Shown here piece after piece: positions 12,601 through 24,798 of a stretch of 64,000 nucleotides of DNA. Position 1 is the first letter of the stretch. Each line of letters starts with the position of its first letter. This DNA is from Orbicella franksi (Eukaryota), in contig OZ116709.1 of NCBI GenBank assembly GCA_964199315.1, forward strand, positions 5,952,001 through 6,016,000, written 5' to 3'. A program made the translations under genes and the position numbers. Below the pieces are notes generated by a model. The model saw only the letters and a list, made by a program, of their open reading frames with translations. It was not told the origin of the DNA and did no database searches.

Positions 12601-15600
12601 GGAGGCAGAATTGTCAGAATCAATATTGGAGAATATTTCTTACTTGGATGCGAAACACCTCAAAATTCGTTGCCCCTCCACTTCCATAAACACGGATGAC
12701 CACATTGTACTCATTCTCCTCCTCGTAATCCAGCGGCCGCGTTGTCACCAAGTCTGGTGAATTTACAGCGTTTCCGCTAGCCAAAGCAAAAGTTCCGTTG
12801 GCATCATCATCCAACTGGAAAACAAGAGTATCATTCGGATCAGATGTCCTGGCCGTGACATGCCCTATGACACTGCCTGCGGGCTCGTTTTCTTTCACAT
12901 CTGTGGAATCCAACGAGATGTTCATCTTCGCTGACAGAAGGTTGCTCCTCACTTCAATATACAGGGTCGTTGGGAAGCTTATACGCTTGCCGTCACTACA
13001 GAACACGTGGATAGGATGACGAGACGACGTTGCGTTCGTCAGCGGTTTCTCAACAAAGAGCTGAAGCCCAGAGACTCTGAACAAGCTTTCAGGATCCAAG
13101 AGGTAACAGACATGCGAGTCACTCGGGTCTTCATCCACAACAATAAACGACCCCACTAGACTCCCCACGGAAGCATTAGAACTGACAACCTGATGCGACA
13201 AGCTCACGGCGCTCGGAGCATCATTGGCGTCCAGGACGCTGATGTTAAAGCTCTTCGCGATAATAAGTCCTCCTTTATCCCGGCACCTAATCTCTACACT
13301 GATCACACGCGAGCTGTCCAGCGCTTCGAAGTTAATATCCCCGTTGACAAGAACAGCGCCGTTTTCAATGTTAAAGACATCATCGTTCACCACATCACAG
13401 ATTCCGGGATCATTATGATCAGGGTCCGCCATTGTTATATCTCCTACGCGGTAACCAATACGTTCATTCTCTTCCACGCATATCCCGGATGAAGATCCGC
13501 AGGGTTTCTCTGGGTGAAGGATAATATCCGTTGGGGCTTCATTCTTGTCGAGCACTGTGATGTTTAAAGCCTGTTCAAATGAAAGTCCAGCGCTGTCAGT
13601 TGTTCTCAAGACAATTGGTAAAGGATTTTTTATTGTCGTTTCGAAATCAACGTCGGCGAAAATTTTTAGTGTTCTCCCTTCGACCGAGAAGACGCCGCTG
13701 GGATTGGAAACTAGAGCAAACGTGTGGTTATCATGGAGGTCTGGATCCCGAGCGCTCAGCGAACCAACAACGGTACCCAGCGGTGCATGCTCAAGAAAGG
13801 CATCCGCAGACAACAAAATACCGCTTGGATTTTCATTCAGATCAAGCAGGCGAATCTCAACCGATGACGTCACGCTCTCACCAAAAGGATCAGTAGAACG
13901 CACTTTTAACGTCCAAAGATCACGTGACTCGAAGTTCAACCGCTCCGCCCAGGCAACCACTAGGGACGATTTGTTAATAAAGACTACTTCACTGCCTCCT
14001 ACAATGGAATAAACGTGTGACTGTCCGAGGTCTTCGTCCACTGTTGAAAAGTTCCCTATCACGGAACCGTTCTGGGTTCCCGCCGGGGTATGTTCTGAGA
14101 ACTCGGGGATTACACCCCCGCTAAATAGAAGCCCCGTTGGGGGATCATTACAGTCCATAACTGTGATATTGAAGACTGATATACTGGACAGCCTCGGAGA
14201 ACCGTCATCTTTAGCTTCGACTGTCAAACGGAAGCTTGACGTTTCCTCGTAGTTCAGTTTGGAATGAAGCGTCAACTCGCCGCCAACGAGTCGAAATCTG
14301 TCGCCAGCATCTGTGAGCGAAGAATAGATGATTTCTTGTCCGGAGTCAACATCTGAAGAATTAACAATGCCGATGACAGTTCCAAGAGAGGCGTTCTCGT
14401 AAATCACCGACGAGGATATTGTAGGTGGACCTGCCAGAAAAACAAACAAAACAAAAAGAAATTAAACAAATTGCATGGTCTGGTCAAAACAGTTTTCTTC
14501 GGTAGGAAAAAGCACCATTTATACACCGGGGAGAGTAGCTCTGTGAGAGTAAAGTGTCTCGCTCAAGAATACGACGCGAAGGCCCCGGACAGAGTTTTAA
14601 TTTAAACCGCTTCAACTAGAATTCAACATGACCACCATTAGGCTATTGATACTCCTATGCTAACTTACTTGGTGGTTCATTGACATCTGTGACGTGGACA
14701 GTCAGGTTCTGTTTGATGGACAGTTGTGGCACACCACTGTCTATAGACATGAGACACACCGTGTACACTGACTGTCTCTCGTAGTCCACTGCACCAGCCA
14801 GGACCAACGTGCTGGCATTATTGTCCACATCAAACACACCAGCGCCGTCAATCACCGAATAAGTAAAGAACTGCTCTTCATCATTGTCGACCGTGGTCAG
14901 TCTTCCTATTACAGTGTCAGGAGGTGAGTTTTCAGGAACAAAAGGCGAAGACAGTAAGATTCCGAGAGGCGGACTGTTGGAGCCTGGGAGCTGACTTGCG
15001 CACTGGGCTTTGATGACACTCCACCGACCGGAGGCTTGACACGTGATGACGCTTGAACCAATCAGAAATCCTTTGGTACAAGACAGCGTGCAAGCCTTAC
15101 CATAACTGAAAACAGAACAAAACGGCTTCAGAAACGTTTCACTAAAACATATTCGGTGTCAAAATATGGCAAAGAGTGTCGCAATAGTAAATACCAAAGT
15201 CATCACACTGGTCAATTACAAAGGACACGGTCAAAAATCCCGGGTCAAAAACTCGAAGCAAATACACCTACAGTAGTTGACATGAAGCGCGGGAAAAGGC
15301 ATGTACGCGAGTCATGACTGGTTTTAGTTTTACCTCTGACTGGATGGCAAAGTAGTCCGCGAGATTTTAAGCCAATCGTGTAGTATAGAATGCGAAACCA
15401 AAGCAAATGTGAATTATTTTCGACACTCAATTGAAAACCGCTCTAAAGGCTAACCTAGTAAGTTCTCGAATGACACTATAGTCTCTACCTAACCGGAGTG
15501 CTATTCGCTTCTTGATTGACGTACTCTTCTCTATCTAACCAAGACACTTTTCTTTTAAAATACAGTCGAACCTCCACTAACAGCCTTCTCTCTACAACGG

Positions 15601-18600
15601 GCACCTCTCTACAACGGCTACCTTTTGGTCCCGACGGACGGTCCATACATTCACTATTATTTTAACCCTCTACAACGGCTACTTTCTTCTGCCCCCAAGT
15701 AGGCCGTTGTGAAGAGGTTCGACTGTAACCTAAGATGCTACTGCCAGTCATTCCAATAGCTATACCTGCCTACATGGTGTAAGTTGTCATCGACTGTCTC
15801 TCTAGAATTGATATCTAACCTGTACTGAACTGCAGTGCCGTCACACTTCACCACAATTCCCGGAATTCCGTCAGGTTTCCCACAATCCATCACGTCACAT
15901 GTGCGCCCGTCATCTGATAAAGTATGACCAGCGTCACAGCTGCACACGTAAGAACCAATAGTGTTGACGCAACGATGCTGGCAGGAGTGATTTGATTGGC
16001 TACATTCATCAATATCTGCACACGTCAATTGATCACTGCTCAGAAGGAAGCCTGGGTTGCAGTCACAGTGGAAGCTTCCTCTGGTGTTGACGCAGAGCTG
16101 CTGGCAGGAGTGTTGGCTGGTTAAACACTCATTGATGTCATCACAAGTCTTGTTTACTGGATTGTAAGCGAGTCCCGAGGAGCACAGACATTTGTAAGAA
16201 CCTGCAATGTTCTCACATTGATCTGAAACAGGAAATAGGAAATAGTTCAACTTCCACATGGTGGTTGAATCTAACATATAAGTCTGAGGAGAAAACCCCA
16301 GTGTCTGACCTTTCAAGTGAAAGCTATTGGGCAATACTTTTATGTGGTACTGTTAATTATGATGTACAAGGTGGTTCCAACTTTCACATCTGTGACCAAT
16401 AAAATGAAAGCTTTTTAGCGGTACTTTCACGTTACACTGTTATGTATGATGTAAAAGGTGGTTCTAATTGAGTTTAAACTCTACCTTTAACTTAAGTTAA
16501 ATTAGTTACATCAGAAAAATGACGACTCATGCCATTAAGCTAATTGGCTAAAACTTCAAAAGGTACCAACTGAAGATACATGTAACCCCCGCAATGTCAT
16601 GTTAGATTTGAACATAGTACACAGAACCAAGCTTTATATTTAAACGACACAAATGTAATGACAATCACATGGTCACTTTCATATTGGGTCACCTCCCTCA
16701 GGTGTCAATGATGACGATTGAGACTTTATCATTCCAATGTCTTTACCTGGGCACTGGTGGGTGAGTGTCTGGCATTCATCTATGTCCTCACAGCTGTGTT
16801 TATCAGCTGCCAGCATGTATCCAACGCGGCATGAACAGTAGTATGAGGACTCTGTATTGTTGCAGCTAAACTCACAGCCTCCATGATTAATGCGACACTC
16901 ATCAGCATCTGAAATAAAAAAAACATGGGATCCTTAAGTTTGTCACTTCGTCCATAAAAGAGACTATTGCTCCAACTAGCATTCTTAGCTCTCTCTATTC
17001 AGTTGATACTAAAATGGGCCACAGGGTGACTGTTACATGAGCGACTAAGAGCTACTAAGGTGGAGTACATGTTTCTGGAAAAAAAAAAAATTTTAGTAGC
17101 AGTCATCATCATCATCAATTCCAGTTACCCAACTGGAAAATAATTAAAATTTCATACACCTTGCCCAATTTATCTTCTTTTTTGGGGGGGGGGGATGGGG
17201 GGGGGGTTATGTTAAACTGTCATGCTCTCTCAGCAACTCTATGCTACTTTTATGTACTCTTATACAATTTTGAACCACCCAAATTTTTTGTAAGAGTAGA
17301 ATCATTGGCAATTTCATCTCTTGTCTTCATCAGGACTGGGCAAAATTGCACTGAGGTGCATACACATACACATGTACCTTGGCAAGATTTCTTGTCACTT
17401 TGTAAAGTGTAGCCCTGCAAACAGCTGCAGTTGTAGCCACCAGGAAAATTGATACACAGTTGCGCACAGTCTCCACGACTGTAGCTGCATTCATTTATGT
17501 CTGAAAGCATTAACAAATAATCAATGGTTAACATACATATATTTGTCTCATTCATCAAGTACATATTTATAACAATTTATGACTCGCAACACTTCTTATT
17601 AATAATAACTGTATAAATTAATATCTGACCTTGACATGTCTTATCATCAGATGCAAGTTCAAATCCCAAGGGACAAAGACACTTATATCCACCAATCAGA
17701 TCTAGGCATGTATGACTGCATCCTCCATTTTCTACCTGACATTCATTAAAGTCTGCAAAAGATCACAAAAATGTCTTAAGCTATTAATTTATTAGGGATG
17801 ACATGACAATGACATACCAGCCCAACATGGCCCAACACCCTCTTCTTTACAGACTCAAACTGGGACAAATGATTGAATTTTAATGACAAACAGCTATCAA
17901 ACAAAACTGTGGCATTCAATATCAATTTTTCAGTCAACAGTGAAATACATGCCATGGATGCACACTCACCTAATTTTCTTCTAGTGATTCTTATCATCCT
18001 AATATTCTAACATGTCATGAATGTTTCAAGACATTTATTATTTTATTAATCTGTTTATTTCTGCAATCAGTTCCAGAAAATATCAATACCCACCCCAGGG
18101 AAGCTTATTGGAAGTTCCAAAGAAGGGAGAGGGGTGTCTCACAAGCCAAGATTTTCAAAGGAAAGTACGAAACAGTCTGGAATTTTCAGAGGGATGGGTT
18201 TCAAACCAAAAAAAAAAATCTGTGGGAGGGGTACATGTATGAATATTTTCTGGAACAACTCAAAAGGTGATTAATTACACATTCAAGATCTAACTGAGTC
18301 ACAGATTTAAAGTATAACAGCTCAGCTAGTGCCTGTTGACTGGCAACTCATAATTTACCTGCTCCTGGCTGCCGATCAGGATGATACACATGCAGCGCCG
18401 TAGGTCTTGTCATACCACCAGTTATGCTGACCCTGTCATCACCATCATCCTTGTTACAGTGCTCAATGCTATGCCGCTGCCAATCACTCCAGTACAGCCT
18501 GCTGCCAAATTGGGTCAATGCATAGGGATGATATACCCGGGTGCGATCAATCAAAACGCTACGATTCTGACCATCCAAGGATGATTTTTCAATCTTATCT

Positions 18601-19990
18601 GTATTAGCATCTGCCCAGTACAGCATCTTGTCAACATAGTCTAATGCAAGCCCATTTGGCCAAACAATACCTGCATTTACAAGCACCTCTTTCTGTGTCC
18701 CATCACTCATTTTTGCTCTTAATATCTTTGGTTCACTTCCCCAGTCTGTCCAATACACTTTATCATTCGCTGGATCAACAACAATAGCTCTTGGCTTGTC
18801 ATGCCCACTGCTAATTAATGCCTGACGCTGTGTGCCATCTAGATTAATAACCTCAATAATTTTCTTATTAGCATCTGTCCAAAACAGCTTTCGACCAGTC
18901 CAGTCAACTGCCAAGTCTTCAGGGATTCCCAAGTCTTCCACTATAAAATCCTCAATTTTCCCAGAATCCAGGCCATTATTGATATGCACCCTCTGAATTT
19001 TTTTCACACCAATGTCTGACCAATAGATCATCTGTGTTTTAAGGTCAAAATCCAGACCAACAACATTCGTCAAGCCACGCACAACATAGTTATATCCAGT
19101 GCCATCAAGATTCACTTGACGAATGTCCACGGTGTTACCAAAGATGATAAAAGGTTCTGAGCTGAGAGACTGTGACAATCCGACTAAACAAATTAAAACT
19201 GAAAGAAAAAGTCACAATTATATGAACTATCATAATGTTAGAGTACAAGTAAGCCTGAGTTAAATTCTTTGAGCCATGATCATTGTCTACATGTATTAGT
19301 GAATAGGAAATGATGAAAGAACCTTTCAGATTCATAGATTCCCAATAGAATACCTGTGGCTGAGTGGCTACTAATACATGTTAGACATAAATTCAATTCC
19401 AAATGCAATCATCTATCTGTACTGTATTATCCATATACTGACTAAGGTGAGTGATTCTCATTAGATAGTTATTTACAGTGCAATCCTGATTTTTCTATAA
19501 CCTCCAAGGGAAATGAAGATTGGTTTGAGAATCAGGTAGTTCGAGAAATCAGAGGTAAAATTCCAGTGCTGAGAGGAGGGCCTGATGACTTTTGGTTCGA
19601 GTTATTACTAATTAATTGGGAGGTTCAAAAGATTCCGGGTTTGAGAAAGCGGGATTCCACTGTATAATGAAACAACCCAATCATGCATGATGTCATTTTG
19701 CAACATAATACTCTTTGCCTTCCCACAGTGACTTTTTTTTGAAAGGAATGTCACAAAAAAGTGGCTTATTTGATAGAAATGTTAAACAAATTCTCTATTT
19801 GAAAGTATTATGAAATTCTCTCATAATACAAATTAATATTACCAGGTTTGGACTAAAAGGGTTAAAGATGTAAAATTTTATGCACCGCTCTCTATTTAAG
19901 CTGGGTAAATATTTTTTTTTACTCACCAAAACAAACTGTAGACAATCCAATTAGCAACCTCCAAACTTGAACGTGGTACAAGATCATCAT
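6620..19990 (-). CDS. 2583-aa type I receptor: signal peptide, YWTD propeller, 5 cbEGF, Sushi, about 15 cadherin repeats, about 6 EGF, TM, NPx[Y/F] tail
   Basis: Coding exons 19990-19927, 19183-18359, 17500-17378, 16908-16747, 16222-15820, 15105-14669, 14430-12644, 12548-12390, 11991-11482, 10664-10362 and 9598-6620. All are GT-AG and phase-consistent, totalling 7752 nt. Signal [27 protein letters not shown]. Propeller motifs YWSD/FWTD/YWTD/YWAD/YWSD. Cadherin motifs DxNExP, DxD and [28 protein letters not shown] followed by RRRKRRK. Confidence 0.9.
10753..10954 (-). mobile_element. SINE family A, degraded copy (another fragment at about 14505-14635)
   Basis: Reverse-complement similarity to 22119-22400. 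Confidence 0.65.
15563..15725. mobile_element. Tc1/mariner-type MITE (TA|CAGTCGAACCTC...GAGGTTCGACTG|TA)
   Basis: 12-bp TIRs with TA flanks. Related TACAGT-ended elements lie near 19475-19645 and 57120-57390. Confidence 0.75.
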
Positions 19991-20832
19991 TCCACGGAAA
20001 CTCGAACACCTAGTGACAGAGATTTTCAGATTTTTCGTGACTTTAAATTTGAAAACACCCTTTAAATGTGAAGTACAAGTCCAGTTGCATGGAGAAACAA
20101 AGAAACACGAACATTTGATATATTTAGCCTCTGAACAATGGAACTGAACACAAAGGAAGCGACGTGGAATCCCCTCATTTCCTCTTATAATATTGATTTA
20201 AATTGAAATTACTGAAGCACGCAAGTGCTGAAACGTACATTTTTGAGAAGTTAAATAACAACTCTTTGAATTTACTTTATGTTTTTGCAAGCTGGTGAAA
20301 GTAAATTAACCATTGACTCACTTAACTTAAGTTTTTATCAGAAGACTTTACACGCGACCCCGCATCAATTGCAAATTAAAAAGAGGTTGGTTTAATCAGT
20401 TTCCTCTTATCAACCTCGATCTCGCAAAAATTTGTACAGAAAGTAAACAAACCAACCAACAGACCCGTAGAACTCGGATGTTTTCATTCATTCGGAGAGG
20501 CATGCAGTTTCATAAGCTCAAGTCATGAATTTTTAATATGTCATGGGGCATTGAGCTCTTATTTTGCAATTTGAGCTAATTTGCAAATGAGTTCGGTCGA
20601 ACAGCAGATATCGAAACACTTTGCTTGTAAAACGTACAATACTGCCGTTTTAACGCAAAAGATACCGCGTTTAGCAAATCAGCCAGCAGTGACAAATTCC
20701 AAAGTACAACGGACTGACAATATCAATAATTAAAGCCAGAAGAAAACACACGGGACGTAAACGGGATGTTCCTAAGGTAGACATTAATCCTGCCTTCACG
20801 AACAACAAAAACTTCCCTCGACTTAAGCTTAC

Positions 20833-21391
20833 CTTAACGAAGACAAAGCAATCGTAGATATCTTTAGCGCCCAGGTACTACGTTAGGTCGAGTATAACAG
20901 CGTTGTTGGCCGCTTATCTAAGTAAATTCTTCTGTCCGCTGGCTGTTTCTTCACTGGCTTTCGAACCAGGGTACTGGAGTTGACGGTCCAAATATTTTGG
21001 GTGCTCATGTTGTCGACCACTTGTCACAACAACAAAGTGATGAACCACAAAATAAACAAAGCAGAGAGGTTGACTCCCGAGGATGATGGGATAGTTGGTC
21101 ACTTAACATTGACAATGTTACTCTTTGGTTTGCAAATTGCTGCAAAATAAAACTCTGCATGAGCTCGAAAAATTGAAGGAAATGTTTTTGCAAACACGTT
21201 CGGTTAGTCTTCGAGTCAACTCGGTAAAGTTCGGTATCAGTCGGGGAGCAACGAACAATAATCCGCGCTAGCCTGGGGACACGTAGTAAACAAAAGGGAA
21301 GAGAATGCAGAGGACTCGGATGGCTACGTCTGAGGTGTAACTTTCGATAGTTTTTCCCCGTACACTGAAAGACGCTCTAGAAACTGACGTG
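20833..21391. promoter_or_regulatory. Putative bidirectional promoter with first exons of the receptor gene (minus) and the DsbA-like gene (plus)
   Basis: Strong minus-strand donor AAG|GTAAGC at 20833 and plus-strand donor GTG|GTAAGT near 21391. The interval is relatively CpG-rich. Both ATG-bearing exons are preceded by acceptors (20009 and 21823). TSSs are not determined. Confidence 0.55.
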
Positions 21392-21822
21392 GTAAGTAGC
21401 TAGGGAAACTACCGCGTCGATCAGAGTACAGTGTTAACCGAATAAGATTCTGATCTTCTATGCATTGGGAGAAGTAATTTTACTAGGTCGTCGACTGGGC
21501 CGACGACACTTGGTTCTCGGTCTTTCATTTCTCGAGAGCTAGTTCATTTTTACTTGAAACAACCATGTATTGGAAACGTTGTACCATATGAATATGCAGT
21601 TGATATGGACCCACTATTAAGGCCCCCCACAGGAATCCCTATAAGAAGGTACCAAAACTTAAAAGGCACTGTAAGCATATCCCATTAAAATTTGTGCCAT
21701 TTGCGAGTCCCTCACTCTCCACTCTGTGCCCCTCCAAGGTAAAATAAACTGAGATCAGCTGTCTTTATGTTGTTGTATAGGTCCATCTTGTGATCTAAAT
21801 TATAGTCTAATTCTTCACACAG

Positions 21823-22754
21823 ATGATCAACATCGATGTCTACTCTGACCTGTCCTGTCCGTGGTGCTATGTTGGAAAGGCACGTCTTGACAAAGCCATT
21901 CAGAAGTTCACAGATGCCAGCATCACTGTCAATTGGCATCCATACATCATTGACAAAAATATCGCTCCGCTGGGTGAAGATTATATGGCATACAACACAA
22001 GGAGGTAAAATCAGGATATCTACTAACTGACAGACTGGTGGTCAGGCAGTTAGAAAGACAGATCTGATAGAGTCTGATAGATGTAGAATTACAGCAAGGT
22101 ACATCTCCGCCATCTTGTGGAGGCATGGTGGCCTCATGGTTAGTGCCCTAGTCTTCGGATCAAGCGGTCCGGATTTGAGCCCTGGCCAGGGTCATTGTGT
22201 TGTGTTCTTGGGCAAGACACTTTTCTTACAGTGCCTCTCTCCACCCAGGTGTACAAATGTTACCTACGAATTAATTGCTGGGGGTAACCCTGTGATAGAC
22301 TAGCATCCCATCCAGGGAGGAGTAGAAATACTCCTAGTCGCTTCATGCTACGGAAAGCGGGAAAACCTCCAGCCTGATGGACCACTTGGCTGGTATACTT
22401 AACCTACCTACATTTCTGCCAACTCTCCTAGACTATACAGGAGTCTCTTGGATACAGCCCAAATCTCCCAGCCTCCCATACACGCCACCAAATCTCCTAC
22501 TATATGAAGTTAAGTGCTTAAACTACATTTTTTACTCTTATTTTGAATCATTTTAATGGTAGAATTGGTGGAACCCTAGTTTTAACATGATTTGATGGTG
22601 GTTGATGAGGTACATGTAAAATTAGTGATCTCCCAGATTTAGCTTACTTGGCATCTCAGATATAGGAAGATTAAAAGATAGGCAAGTAGGCAATAATTTG
22701 CTTATTTGATCCATTTATGAATTGATAAATTGATCAACTGATTGATTGATCAAC

Positions 22755-22785
<31 letters not shown>

Positions 22786-22900
22786 CTGATTGATTGATTG
22801 ATTGATTGACTGCTTGCATATGTGATGGGCCGATGAGGAATTGTCTGATAGGCTGCTTGCTTGCTGGCTTGAATAATATTATTGATTGATTGACTGTCTC

Positions 22901-22941
<41 letters not shown>

Positions 22942-23058
22942 CTGCTTGCATATGTGATGGGCCAATGGTGAATTGTCTGAAAGGCTGCTTGCTTGCTGGC
23001 TTGAATAATATTATTGATTGATTGACTGACTCATTGATTGATTGATTGATTGATCGAT

Positions 23059-23089
<31 letters not shown>

Positions 23090-23764
23090 CTGCTTGCATA
23101 TGTGATGGGCCAATGATGAATTGTCTGATAGGCTGCTTGCTTGCTGGCTTGAATAATATTATTGATTGATTGACTGACTCATTGATTGATTGATTGATTG
23201 ATTGATTGCTTGCTTGATTGGCTGATTCCTTGGCTGATTGATTGCTTGCTTGCTTGACTGACAGACTGACTGACTGACTGATTCATTGACTGACTGACTG
23301 ATTGCTTTTTAAGGTGGGGAGGTGATGGCTGGACAAGATCACTAAGACAGGCAGGACAACAAGATGGATTGGAATTCAAGAACTGGAAGACATGGCCTAA
23401 CTCTTTACATGGCCACCGACTCATTCATCTAGCTGGGATTCAGAAAGGCCCTGAAGGACAAGCAAAAGCTAAGGACCTTTTGTTTCATATGATTTATGAA
23501 GATGGCAAAAATGTCAGTGATGTAGACACTTTAATTGAAGCTGCAAAGGAACTGGGCTTGGAAGGTGGCAAGAATTATCTCAAGGCATCTCATGATGTGG
23601 ATTTGGTTTTATCTGAAGATTCTCGTGCAAAATCTCACATGAAGATATCTGGTGTGCCATATTTTGTTATATCTGGTGACGATAAACAAAAGAAGGCTGT
23701 GTCTTTGTCAGGTGCTCAGGGCACAGAACGGTTTTTAGCAGCATTTAGTCATGTTGTTCAGTAG
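21823..23764 (+). CDS. FrnE-like DsbA-family thioredoxin-fold oxidoreductase, about 210 aa
   Basis: Exons 21823-22004 and 23314-23764 joined in phase 2 (AG|G). Motifs IDVYSDLSCPWCYVGK, VNWHPY, WPNSLHGHRL and ISGVPYFVI (cis-Pro loop). No signal peptide is evident. A short upstream coding exon (MATSE, near 21320) is possible. Confidence 0.9.
22119..22400 (+). mobile_element. tRNA-derived SINE family A, near full-length copy
   Basis: A-box/B-box-like head (TGGCCTCATGGTTAG...TTTGAGCCC) and shared body CTTGGGCAAGACAC...CATCCCATCCAGGG...CTAGTCGCTTCATGCTAC, which recurs elsewhere in the window. Confidence 0.8.
22715..23305. repeat. Compound satellite: (ATTG)n/(GACT)n arrays with three copies of an embedded roughly 70-bp unique module
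   Basis: The module TGCTTGCATATGTGATGGGCC...GGCTTGAATAATATT starts at 22811, 22943 and 23091. Confidence 0.9.
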
Positions 23765-24798
23765 TCCTTGTAGAGCTAGTATTATTAGGGGTGTCACACA
23801 ACACTTGTCCCCATGCAAAGTTGTGTGTGACATTATTGTTATTGAGTGTTTTATTGTAATTATTTCTCTCAAGTGGCTTCCAGAAAAGAAATGTTCAACT
23901 TAGATGTTTTATTGAATAGATGTTGTAACATCCACAAGTCTGAGTGTTTGCAAGGAAATGCAAATTCTGCAAAGTAAATGTATGATTGTTTTCTTTCAAG
24001 ACTGATTCTCTAGGAGTGATTTCTTTAAAATTCCAGTTAGTTACCATTTTAACTTAAGTTTAACACCATATTTTTTTGTTTTTTGCTTGTCTTGTGTGTT
24101 TTTTTTTTGTTTTGTTTTTTCAAGTTATTTAACATGAGCTGTTTGCATCAGGGCCAAAATTTGCAACTTAAGACTTTGTAGTCTTCATAATCTTGTATCC
24201 CTGAGGCAAGCAGCTTAGGATGGGGCATATTTTTGAAGTGGAGTCAAATGTGCTGCATGCAAAACACAAGGCTCACATACAAGCCAGTTCCTTTCACCTC
24301 TTGGGTCCATCTCAGTCAGTTCATTTGTTCCCAGATCACTTGTCACTTGGTCAACTACTTGCTCTTTGCAGTTTTTTAATTTCTTCCTTTTTTGTTTTGC
24401 CGGTTCGATTGAGGGTACACCATAAAATTCTGATAATAAGCCTTGGGTTGATGGCAAGCTTGTTACTGGGGAAGGGGACAAGAGAGGGAGGTTTATTGGG
24501 GAGATTATACCACGATTATCAGTTGAGCAAGGCACAACAGAACTTCGGTTACGAAGGTTTGGACAGTTTACAGTGTTGTAACAATACCGTGTCCTGCAAT
24601 TATGCACGCCTTGCTGCCAATGATGTCAAAGGCTGACAAGTTGTCACTGGAAATAGAGCCAGTTGCCCGTGACAACAACGTGAGTTGAACGTTGAAACTT
24701 GGTCATCAAATTTTCGTCGCGCCTTACTCAACTGATAATCGTAGAATTAGGGTGTGAGGCTTATTATCATAAATTTTATGGTATATAATGTCATCTCC

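Noticed and set aside
6681-14012. Many plus-strand ORFs of 60-155 aa over the receptor exons
   Set aside because: They are shadow frames of the minus-strand CDS.
20883-21008. 41-codon ATG uORF in the putative receptor 5' UTR exon
   Set aside because: The TSS is unknown, so it may not be transcribed. No supporting feature.
22715-23305. Repeat-spacer-like look suggesting a CRISPR array
   Set aside because: The spacers are microsatellite, the context is a eukaryotic intron, and there are no cas genes.
22715-23424. ORFs rich in SINQ/SVSQ
   Set aside because: They are translations of the (ATTG)n/(GACT)n satellite.
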